A stretch of DNA of 64,000 nt from the IMG/VR virus record IMGVR_UViG_3300005613_000028, positions 1-64,000 of that record; one strand, given 5' to 3'. The DNA is from a virus. The stretch's first letter is position 1. Every line of letters starts with the position of its first letter. The position numbers and the translations under genes were made by a program. Of the stretch, positions 47,391 to 55,049 are shown piece by piece. The notes under the pieces were generated by a model. The model was not told the origin of the DNA, ran no database searches, and saw nothing but the letters and a program-made list of their open reading frames with translations.

Positions 47391-47500
47391 TTAGAATATC
47401 TTTTACAACTACAATTATCACATTCAAAAGTAGGTTCTTTTGCTGTGACTTTCCTTAATCTAACTAAACCTTTAATTTCATTTTTTTTATGTCTTTTCAT
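47366..47500 (-). CDS. 44-aa basic Cys-rich micro-protein (not in ORF track)
   Basis: MKRHKKNEIKGLVRLRKVTAKEPTFECDNCSCKRYSKCTCMRKK. ATGA overlap with the kinase start. Confidence 0.4.
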   Translation of the reverse strand: MKRHKKNEIKGLVRLRKVTAKEPTFECDNCSCKRYSKCTCMRKK

Positions 47501-47855
47501 TTTTTTCTCCTATTAAATAAAACCAATCTTCTAAATCCATTACAACCCACCTTTTTTGATTCTTATTTTCAAGCACATATAGCGGAAGCCTTTCTGAACC
47601 TAAAGGAATCTCTTCAACCAACTTCTTCCATACATCTTCTTTTATAGTAATGTCTTTGGTGTTTCTCAATTTTGCTTCTACAACCCAATTTTCTACGCCA
47701 GAAATATCTCCGCTAGACCCCTTATTCCCACTTCCATTAGAAGGGCAAGCATTTTTATAGCCTAATTCTCTAAATTTTTCGGCTATATACCATTCTAATT
47801 TTCTTCCTTTATCCCATGTACTTTCCATATAAACCTCTTTTATTTTTTCTTCCAA
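47487..47855 (-). CDS. Hjc-like / PD-(D/E)XK Holliday-junction-resolvase-like nuclease
   Basis: 'GRKLEWYIAEKFRELGY..SGDISGVENWVVEAKLRN' follows the E..D..ExK pattern of archaeal-type resolvases. The likely true start is ATG 47828 (AAGAGG upstream), not TTG 47855. Confidence 0.55.
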   Translation of the reverse strand: MEEKIKEVYMESTWDKGRKLEWYIAEKFRELGYKNACPSNGSGNKGSSGDISGVENWVVEAKLRNTKDITIKEDVWKKLVEEIPLGSERLPLYVLENKNQKRWVVMDLEDWFYLIGEKNEKT

Positions 47856-48240
47856 ATAAAGCCTTTTGAAATATGAGATATACTTTTACAAGCATAGGAT
47901 ATAGTTTGATGAGCTAACCCACATTGTTTTTCAATCTCATGAAAACTTTCCCATTCTTTAATAAAATTACCATCTAAATCAAATTGTAATACAGGTTTTC
48001 TTTATTTTCTGCACAATATTTTCTATCCATAGCTAATTTATGTTCTCGATTTATAATTCTCCATTTTTTATTTAATTCTTTAAGATGAATTGAATTTTGT
48101 TCTCTATATATTTTCACGCATGTTTTACATTTATAACAATGTCCATCATTAGTATTTTTGTCTTTATGAAACTCAGATAATTCTTTTTCTATCTTACATT
48201 TAGAACATATTTTAAATTTTCCTAATTCTCTTGTATTCAT
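47840..48240 (-). pseudogene. frameshift-split homing-endonuclease-like gene (Zn ribbon in one frame, NUMOD1-like HTH in another)
   Basis: Frame A (47974..48240) 'CSKCKIEKELSEFHKDKNTNDGHCYKCKTC' is paralogous to the N-terminus of the HNH gene 39860..40555. Frame B (48003-47843, no start codon) encodes 'VLQFDLDGNFIKEWESFHEIEKQCGLAHQTISYACKSISHISKGFIWKKK', a typical HE C-terminal HTH. No nuclease motif is present. Confidence 0.55.
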
Positions 48241-48241
48241 T

Positions 48242-48403
48242 TTAATCTACCATACTCCCTCTTTCATAAAGTTCTTCTAATTCTTTACCTTCCCAATGAT
48301 TTTTACATTCTGTACATATTCCGCATGTAACATTTTTACTAATATGCAAATAAATTTCAAATCTCCTTAATTGTTTGCAAACTGGACACCAATAAATATC
48401 CAT
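48242..48403 (-). CDS. 53-aa Zn-ribbon protein (not in ORF track)
   Basis: MDIYWCPVCKQLRRFEIYLHISKNVTCGICTECKNHWEGKELEELYERGSMVD. AAGGAG 6 nt upstream. Confidence 0.5.
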   Translation of the reverse strand: MDIYWCPVCKQLRRFEIYLHISKNVTCGICTECKNHWEGKELEELYERGSMVD

Positions 48404-48406
48404 AAT

Positions 48407-48970
48407 TTACTCCTTAAATTTGAAATATTCTATTTCTTTTTTACAATATTTATTAACTTCTTCTAACGCTTTTGGTGTATAATAAGATTTCCAATCATAT
48501 TTTCCATAAAAATGAGTTAATTTATTCTTTAAAGGTAATTTAAATTTTGTATCTCCAAATACTTTAGCAATTTGTGTAGTTAAGCCATTTTTATCATATA
48601 TAATTATCTTATTTGCTACAATTTTATCATCAATACTAATATAATCTAATTGATTAAATAATAACTCTTTATGTGCAAACTTTAAAACAAAATCTTCAAA
48701 AGTCTTAAATGATTCAGATTTCTTAATCATACATCTAAATCTATATAAACTAACCAATCTTTCATAAGTATTTCTAACGATGGTTACTATATTCCAATTT
48801 TTATATTTTTTATAAATTTCAGTATTAATTTGTGTATGGGTCTTTTGATATACTCCCCATTGTTTTTTATTTATTTTTCCATAATTTAGAAAAACTGCCC
48901 CACCATTTTTAGGAATATGAATAAATAGAATTTTTTCTTTTGGATATACTAGCATTATCTTAACCACCAA
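48407..48970 (-). CDS. sulfotransferase (Sulfotransfer_2-like)
   Basis: PAPS 5'-phosphosulfate loop 'FIHIPKNGGAVF' and 'IVRNTYERLVSLY' (RNPxxRxxSxY-type). The likely true start is ATG 48955. Confidence 0.65.
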   Translation of the reverse strand: MVVKIMLVYPKEKILFIHIPKNGGAVFLNYGKINKKQWGVYQKTHTQINTEIYKKYKNWNIVTIVRNTYERLVSLYRFRCMIKKSESFKTFEDFVLKFAHKELLFNQLDYISIDDKIVANKIIIYDKNGLTTQIAKVFGDTKFKLPLKNKLTHFYGKYDWKSYYTPKALEEVNKYCKKEIEYFKFKE

Positions 48971-49113
48971 AATAATATAATGACCTGTAAAATCATTAAT
49001 AAAATAAAACCCATTGTAATTATATAGTGCATAATTTTACGACCATTTTTATGACACTTTTCAATTAACCAAGCTATAGGAAAAAATCCATCTAAACAGG
49101 GAAAGGGATCAAA
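48955..49113 (-). other. 52-codon open extension in frame after the TAA of 49114..49617, ending in a TM helix
   Basis: FDPFPCLDGFFPIAWLIEKCHKNGRKIMHYIITMGFILLMILQVIILFWWLR. The only canonical start is ATG 49032 (25-aa TM peptide). The stop overlaps the sulfotransferase ATG (TAATG). Confidence 0.35.
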
Positions 49114-49617
49114 TTACAAATTCCTAGCTCTTAACTCATTTGTATAACCAAATCTTTTTTGATTTATGTCTATACTTTTGTAAATATCTCCATTTTTATG
49201 TCTTAAAGTAGCAGATTTCCAATCGCAAAGCATTTCAATAATGTCAATTAAATTCATGCATCCTAAAGCAGAATGAGTATTTAAAATATATCTATCTTCT
49301 TTCATAAAATATTCTGGATGATGTCTATTTATAGCATAATGGTGATTTAAAGCTGGTTTCATATTTTCTAAATACTTTTTATACTGTTTACTTCCATAAG
49401 TAGCATTTTTCAGTTTAGGTGTAAATTTATCAAAGATTGGTTTTTCTTCTTTACTAAGTTTACTTTTATCATGAAACATAATTCTAAAAGTTAATCTTTG
49501 AATAACTCCTAAAAGATATTTACCTACTTGTGCTATATGCTTTCTAGTTTCAGCTTCACTATTATATTTCATTTTTCTTAATCTCCGATACCCCAAGTAA
49601 AATCGCATCCGACACAT
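49114..49617 (-). CDS. HD-superfamily-like protein (DUF5662-like)
   Basis: 'MFHDKSK', 'ALNHHYAINRHHPEYF'. The likely true start is ATG 49572 (MKYNSEAE..). Confidence 0.45.
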   Translation of the reverse strand: MCRMRFYLGYRRLRKMKYNSEAETRKHIAQVGKYLLGVIQRLTFRIMFHDKSKLSKEEKPIFDKFTPKLKNATYGSKQYKKYLENMKPALNHHYAINRHHPEYFMKEDRYILNTHSALGCMNLIDIIEMLCDWKSATLRHKNGDIYKSIDINQKRFGYTNELRARNL

Positions 49618-50191
49618 CTTCCCCGAAATCAGTTTCTCTCTCTATTAATTTAGAAATCTTATTCATTCTATCTTTATAAACTTTATGTGTAATATCTTTA
49701 ACTTGTTTCTTAGCTTGAACCGCTTCTATTAAACCTTCATAATGAGAAACATCTATATCTGTAAAATTTTTTAAGCACCAGACTTGTACTTCTGCTTTTT
49801 GACAATTTCCTTTTAATCCTACTAAAGGCCTAGCAACACTCGCCAACCTTAACTCAACAATTTCAGTAAAATTCCGTTCTACTCCTAATGCTATAGTAGC
49901 CATAATAGCCCCAGAAATTCTTCCTAAATTTCCAAATCCCTTTACTTGATTTTTCCCTCTAAAATAAGCTAAAAAAATATCTTCAATAATAATTTTTTCT
50001 ATAGAACCTTTTAATGGTTTAATATAATCAGCAAATTCCCAAACCATATAATTAATTCTTTCTAGCACAGAATATGCAGTTTTTGGTTTAATTTTTGTGA
50101 AATCAATCAAATTCCCTTCCAAATCAAATAAAGAAATTCCAGTACATTTTGTACTTAAATCTAATCCAATTATATATTTATTGTTTTTCAT
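49562..50191 (-). CDS. ruvC: RuvC-like Holliday junction resolvase
   Basis: 'YIIGLDLSTKCTGISLFD' (first catalytic Asp), 'KIIIEDIF' (Glu) and C-terminal 'DVSDAILLG'. Confidence 0.7.
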   Translation of the reverse strand: MKNNKYIIGLDLSTKCTGISLFDLEGNLIDFTKIKPKTAYSVLERINYMVWEFADYIKPLKGSIEKIIIEDIFLAYFRGKNQVKGFGNLGRISGAIMATIALGVERNFTEIVELRLASVARPLVGLKGNCQKAEVQVWCLKNFTDIDVSHYEGLIEAVQAKKQVKDITHKVYKDRMNKISKLIERETDFGEDVSDAILLGVSEIKKNEI

Positions 50192-50600
50192 GTATCCACC
50201 TTAAATTTTCAATATCTATCTTATATTCAGGATAAAAACTATATTTAAAATTTTTTCCATCTAATTTAATATTAAAAATTGACCATAGATTAAATTTTTT
50301 CAAAACATATCTAACAGCTTTTTCAATATCCTTCTCTGTTAACTGCCCAAATTTAGGAACTGTAACAGTATAACTACCCCATTCATTCTTAATACAATAA
50401 GGAGTGTATGATATGTTCTCATTATATTTTAATATATCCCACGTTTGTATTTTACATAAACTATAATTTTTATAAACTATTTCTTGAGAAAAATATTGTT
50501 TTCTTTTCTTCATAAACTTTACATCATACCAAGTTTCTAATAATAATTTTTGGTTGTCTTTCAAATAATTTTTATTTATATATTTTTTTAGTTTATTCAT
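50178..50600 (-). CDS. hypothetical protein (140 aa)
   Basis: ORF in the operon. Confidence 0.5.
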   Translation of the reverse strand: MNKLKKYINKNYLKDNQKLLLETWYDVKFMKKRKQYFSQEIVYKNYSLCKIQTWDILKYNENISYTPYCIKNEWGSYTVTVPKFGQLTEKDIEKAVRYVLKKFNLWSIFNIKLDGKNFKYSFYPEYKIDIENLRWIHEKQ

Positions 50601-52551
50601 CTCTTAGCCCCACTATTTTGGTTTCCTTATCAAACTTTGTTGGTATTTTTATAATTTGTCTTCCTGTTCTACTTTCTCTAATTTTACTTGTTAAAAAATG
50701 AGTATTTTCTCTATCAATAATCAAATTCCCAGATTTATCTGTAAAAGAACCCAAATTATAAGAACAAGTCAGAGAAGCAAAGAAATCTATCATATCTTTA
50801 GCAAACCATTCTCCATTTTTTCTTAATTGAGCAAAGATAAACAAAAGGCCACCATGTTTATCTAATTGCTGTGCAAAGCTAGAATAAAGCTTATCAGTCT
50901 CAGCGTAATTATTTGGCAAAAGCCAATCCACTAAGGTTACAGCATTGTCTTCCAACTCTACTTGTTCTGGCCTGTAATGATTACACCATTTAAAGTCTCC
51001 TTCTTTTAAACCTAGCCCCATTGCTATTTTCGCAAATCTATTTCCAGGCTCAGAAGAAATGTAATTAGGATTAATACCTTGGTCAATTAATTTTTTGATA
51101 ATATTTAAAGCCAAAAAAGATTTTCCTGAACCTGTCTTACCACCAATAACAATCATGTCAGAATTTCTTATAATAGCATACTTATCAAAATAAGGAACTT
51201 TAAAATCTAAAAGTTTACTAGCATCTACAAATTCTGTATTCCATTTCGCTTTTGCAAATAATTTATATTTAAAACCTTTCTTATAAATTCTGTCTGCATC
51301 AACTAAATATCTTAAAACATCTTCAATATCTTTTTGCTCCTGCCTTAAAGAATAAGTTAAATCTCTAATACTTGCTTCTTCAATTTTTTCTAATCTTTCA
51401 ATAACTTTATCTGCCAAATCTTCCATATCTATTTCATGATACTTTTCAATAGACCTACACATAGACCTTACAGCTTTATTTTCCATTGGGTCGTCTAAAA
51501 GATTTTGATTAATTAATTGTAAAGCATATTCAGTCTGTTTAACATTCAGCTTTTTCCTCAACATGCCACCGAGTTGGATAAAGCTGTTATTACAATCTCC
51601 ATCTAAGCCCTTTATTTTTTCAGCTTCTATATTTGGAATCTCTTCTGTTTTCTTTGTAGTTTTAACTTTACCCAAAACTAATTTCTTTATTTTTTCAGGC
51701 ATCTTAATGATGGGTAACTCATTCATTTTTCTACCTTCTCCATCAACTATACTAGGTTCAACTAATACTTGCCCTTCTTTAGTTTCAATATCAATATGAA
51801 TCCCTTCTAAATCAATATTGGTTTTTGGCAAATCTGATTCATTGAAAAAGAAAAGATGAATTCCACCCAAGGAATCTTGAGAAAGAGTTTTAGGATTTCC
51901 TAAAAGATTTAAAGCTTTCTCTACATTTTCTTTTTTAATTTTAAGAGCTTCTTTTTTTTCTTCTTCACTTAATTTCCCTGCATACCATTTCTTTTTCATT
52001 TTAGTAGGCATCGCATCTATATCTAAAATAGTTACTCCCGATAAATTGCAGTTCACCCCTAAATTAAGTCCAGCGTCTAACCAGTCTTGCCATTCAGCGA
52101 TATTTTTATGAATTTTTAATTGCCACTCTTTTTCTATATTAGCTTCTTTCCCACCTTTAGCTATAGGAACTAAAGACCAGCCTAAATTATGATACATAGC
52201 TAATAATTTATTTACTTTTTCATCTGTCTTAATATCAAATATTGTTTCTAAATATTGGCCAATTTCATCATCACTTAAATTTTTCATTTCTGGTTCAAAT
52301 ATTTTAACCATAGAAAAAATATCCCCTAACTGTTTATGTTCAGGGTCAAAACAATATACATTGTAAGAATCTTTTGGGAAAAGGTTTGCGGTTATTGGTT
52401 CTTTTTCGTGCTCTTTACAGAGCGGACACGTAAACAAATTTTTTCCATTCTTATTACTAATTTGAAAATTATCTATATTCATTTTCAAATAGTCTAATAC
52501 AAATGATTGGTATGTCTTGCGTACAATAGGTGTCATTTTTGACCTTTCCAT
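50593..52551 (-). CDS. primase-polymerase (prim-pol) / helicase fusion
   Basis: N-terminal Zn finger 'CPLCKEHEKE..CFDPEH'. Prim-pol motifs 'GWSLVPIAKGGKEANI', 'GVTILDIDA' and 'GGIHLFFF'. C-terminal P-loop 'IGGKTGSGKSFLALN'. Confidence 0.75.
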   Translation of the reverse strand: MERSKMTPIVRKTYQSFVLDYLKMNIDNFQISNKNGKNLFTCPLCKEHEKEPITANLFPKDSYNVYCFDPEHKQLGDIFSMVKIFEPEMKNLSDDEIGQYLETIFDIKTDEKVNKLLAMYHNLGWSLVPIAKGGKEANIEKEWQLKIHKNIAEWQDWLDAGLNLGVNCNLSGVTILDIDAMPTKMKKKWYAGKLSEEEKKEALKIKKENVEKALNLLGNPKTLSQDSLGGIHLFFFNESDLPKTNIDLEGIHIDIETKEGQVLVEPSIVDGEGRKMNELPIIKMPEKIKKLVLGKVKTTKKTEEIPNIEAEKIKGLDGDCNNSFIQLGGMLRKKLNVKQTEYALQLINQNLLDDPMENKAVRSMCRSIEKYHEIDMEDLADKVIERLEKIEEASIRDLTYSLRQEQKDIEDVLRYLVDADRIYKKGFKYKLFAKAKWNTEFVDASKLLDFKVPYFDKYAIIRNSDMIVIGGKTGSGKSFLALNIIKKLIDQGINPNYISSEPGNRFAKIAMGLGLKEGDFKWCNHYRPEQVELEDNAVTLVDWLLPNNYAETDKLYSSFAQQLDKHGGLLFIFAQLRKNGEWFAKDMIDFFASLTCSYNLGSFTDKSGNLIIDRENTHFLTSKIRESRTGRQIIKIPTKFDKETKIVGLRDE

Positions 52552-53117
52552 TTATTTAAAGACGTAATAGAAGTCCCTTTTAACCATTTAGTGTAGATTC
52601 CTTGTATCTCATCCCAAGAAATAGGGTAAAAATTATGCACATCACATGAACAATTCAGAATTAATGATTTCTTCCCTAAATAATGCAATTCTTTAACTTT
52701 CCAATTATTATGCACATGCCCACATAGGATTAAAGGATAATCAATTTTCGCATATTTGGGGTCATGAATTAATTGTACCCTCATTTTAGCAATATCTAAA
52801 ATTATTTCTGTCGTTTTAACATTAAATTTATTTGAAGATTTATCATGATTTCCTTTTACAAAATGCCATTTCCCATTTAATTGTGTTAAAATATCTTCTG
52901 GCTTATAAGGTTGACCTTCACCTCTAAATGCTCTATTTCGAGAAGCGAAGAAGCCCAAATCTCCAAGAAAGTAGAAATCATCTTTTGATTTCACCCTTGC
53001 ATTGTGGTTTCTAATAATAACTTCATTCATTTCATAAACATCTTTGAATGGTCTGTCACAGTAGCGGATGATGTTGCTATGGAAGAAGTGATAATCCGAC
53101 GAGAAAAATCTTTTCAT
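52533..53117 (-). CDS. calcineurin-like metallophosphoesterase
   Basis: 'FFSSDYHFFH', 'FYFLGDLG', 'VKGNHD' and 'LCGHVHN'. Confidence 0.7.
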   Translation of the reverse strand: MKRFFSSDYHFFHSNIIRYCDRPFKDVYEMNEVIIRNHNARVKSKDDFYFLGDLGFFASRNRAFRGEGQPYKPEDILTQLNGKWHFVKGNHDKSSNKFNVKTTEIILDIAKMRVQLIHDPKYAKIDYPLILCGHVHNNWKVKELHYLGKKSLILNCSCDVHNFYPISWDEIQGIYTKWLKGTSITSLNKWKGQK

Positions 53118-53173
53118 ATATAAATTTTCCTATATTAAACAGTATAACGCTAATATTATATAAAATAAAAGCT

Positions 53174-53202
53174 ATTATACTAATTATTAAAAAACAAATT
53201 AA
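53174..53202 (-). promoter_or_regulatory. possible weaker promoter (TTAATT-N17-TATAAT)
   Basis: Lies in the only sizeable gap (53118-53224) of this operon. -10 TATAAT at 53179-53174, -35 TTAATT at 53202-53197. Unlike P1-P4 it lacks TTGACA. Confidence 0.3.
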
Positions 53203-53224
53203 ATTTAACCAAAATAAAATGTCT

Positions 53225-53782
53225 CTAAACAATTGCATCTACAATACCTTTTTCTTTTAATTCATCTCCAATAAACCAAAGCTCTCCATTTTTAGCTTTT
53301 GCCAATTCTTTTGGACTAAGTTTGGTTTTTTCTTTCATTTGGTTAATAAAAATTTGAGTAAACCTGTCTAAAAATTTAGCTCTATCATGAATTTTTTGAG
53401 AAGTATTCCAAACAAAATCTTCTACATCATGATTCATCCAAGTAGATGTTGGTGTTGCCCACCTTACATCTCCAGCTAAAGCAATATGAACTCCCATACT
53501 ATAAGCAGAGCCATTAATAAGTGTAATAACTGTAGATGATACTCTTTTGATAGTATCCATTATAGATAACCCTGCTTCACAAGAACCACCACAAGAATTA
53601 ATTATTACAGTAATAGGATCATTGGACAAAATATCTAATGCCATTAATTCTTTATTTACATCCAATGCTAACTCACTAGTTATTTCATCATAAATAAAGA
53701 CTATTCTATTTTGTAGAATAATAGCATCAGTATCAATACCCTTTTTCTTTTTAGAATAATCGGGTTTTTTGCGTTTATTCAT
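53225..53782 (-). CDS. clpP: ClpP-family serine protease
   Basis: 'INSCGGSCEAGLSIMDTIK' (compare INSPGGsvtaGlaIyDtm) and Ser block 'GSAYSMGVHIALAG'. Located in the replication block, not the head module. Confidence 0.75.
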   Translation of the reverse strand: MNKRKKPDYSKKKKGIDTDAIILQNRIVFIYDEITSELALDVNKELMALDILSNDPITVIINSCGGSCEAGLSIMDTIKRVSSTVITLINGSAYSMGVHIALAGDVRWATPTSTWMNHDVEDFVWNTSQKIHDRAKFLDRFTQIFINQMKEKTKLSPKELAKAKNGELWFIGDELKEKGIVDAIV

Positions 53783-53791
53783 ATAAACTCC

Positions 53792-54481
53792 TTATCTATC
53801 TGAAATAGCTAAAATTCCAACTTTAGTTAATTCTGTTAGTTTAGTAGAAGGGTTTTCTGTCAACATTCCTTGATTAATAAGGGCTACAACGACCTCTACA
53901 GCACCTTTCCAAGCTACTTGAGCCTCAATACTATTTGCGTTAATATCATTTGAATATGACCCCTTAGAACTTGATTTTGAGGCTTCTGGAGCTGGTTCAG
54001 GCGTTACTTCTACTGCCATTGAAGTAATAACTCCTTTATCATCAAATGTAACTAAAACTGTTTTACCAGATTTATAACCTACTGTATCATAATCTAATTC
54101 TTGTAATTCCGAAGAAATTTGGCTCCAACCATCTCTATCTTTAAATTTAACTACTTTTTTATTCTTTGCCACTCCTGCAATAACTAAAGTTTCTGTTTTT
54201 CCTTCTACAACTTTAGCTTCTTCTTTAGGAGCTTCTTTCTTTTCTTCTTTTGGTTTAGATGCACCTTTTTTAGCCTTTAAAAATACGACTTGCTTCTTCT
54301 CATCAAAAGTAACATCTACTGTAGCTCCTGCAACTATTCCATACTTCTCTAAATCATAACCCTGTACTTTTTCACTTACATCATACCAAGTATCATCATC
54401 TTTAAATTTAATTACTTTCTTGTTACTTGGAATTCCTGCAACTACTAAAACTTGTTTATCTAATTTCTCAGACATTTTCAC
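53792..54481 (-). CDS. protein with two tandem ~60-aa beta-rich domains and a helical C-domain, function unknown
   Basis: 'LVVAGIPSNKKVIKFKDDDTWYDVSEKVQGYDLEKYGIVAGATVDVTFDEKKQVV' compared with 'LVIAGVAKNKKVVKFKDRDGWSQISSELQELDYDTVGYKSGKTVLVTFDDKGVIT'. Confidence 0.55.
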   Translation of the reverse strand: MKMSEKLDKQVLVVAGIPSNKKVIKFKDDDTWYDVSEKVQGYDLEKYGIVAGATVDVTFDEKKQVVFLKAKKGASKPKEEKKEAPKEEAKVVEGKTETLVIAGVAKNKKVVKFKDRDGWSQISSELQELDYDTVGYKSGKTVLVTFDDKGVITSMAVEVTPEPAPEASKSSSKGSYSNDINANSIEAQVAWKGAVEVVVALINQGMLTENPSTKLTELTKVGILAISDR

Positions 54482-55049
54482 TCTCCTTTATTTCTACTTT
54501 ATTTAATAGTTTATAAAATATTTCTCTAGTTGCTAAAATATCTTCTTTAGCGTCATGCGCCTTTAATGGAATATTTAAAGCTTCTGCTACATAAGTTAAT
54601 TTATATTTTTCTAATTTTAATACACCTTTTAATTTGAAAAACATCACTAAGGTAGCAACATCTAACTTATGATAATCTATCCATGCACCGAAATATTTAT
54701 CATTACATTTTTTAAAGAACTCCGCAAGAAATAACATGTCAAACATTATATTATATCCTGATGGCTGATACTTGTCATTTTTGTTATATCTGTTTACATG
54801 TTTGGATAAAAAAGAAATTAGCTTTTTGTGAGCTTCTTGAGGAGTTTGAAAAGTTTTTAATTCTTCTCTAGTAATTCCATTTACTTCTAAAGCAGAAGCT
54901 TCAATGTTATCCCAATCATGTGGTTGCATTTTTAAATAAATTTCATCAATTACTTTTCCATCTATTTCAACCATTCCTGCAAAAGTAATAATATCATTCT
55001 TCTTAGCATCTAAACCAGTTGTTTCGACATCCATCCATAAAATTTTCAT
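54468..55049 (-). CDS. DnaQ-like DEDDh 3'-5' exonuclease
   Basis: Exo I 'WMDVETTGLD', Exo II 'GYNIMFDMLFL', Exo III 'HDAKEDILATREIF'. Confidence 0.8.
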   Translation of the reverse strand: MKILWMDVETTGLDAKKNDIITFAGMVEIDGKVIDEIYLKMQPHDWDNIEASALEVNGITREELKTFQTPQEAHKKLISFLSKHVNRYNKNDKYQPSGYNIMFDMLFLAEFFKKCNDKYFGAWIDYHKLDVATLVMFFKLKGVLKLEKYKLTYVAEALNIPLKAHDAKEDILATREIFYKLLNKVEIKESENV

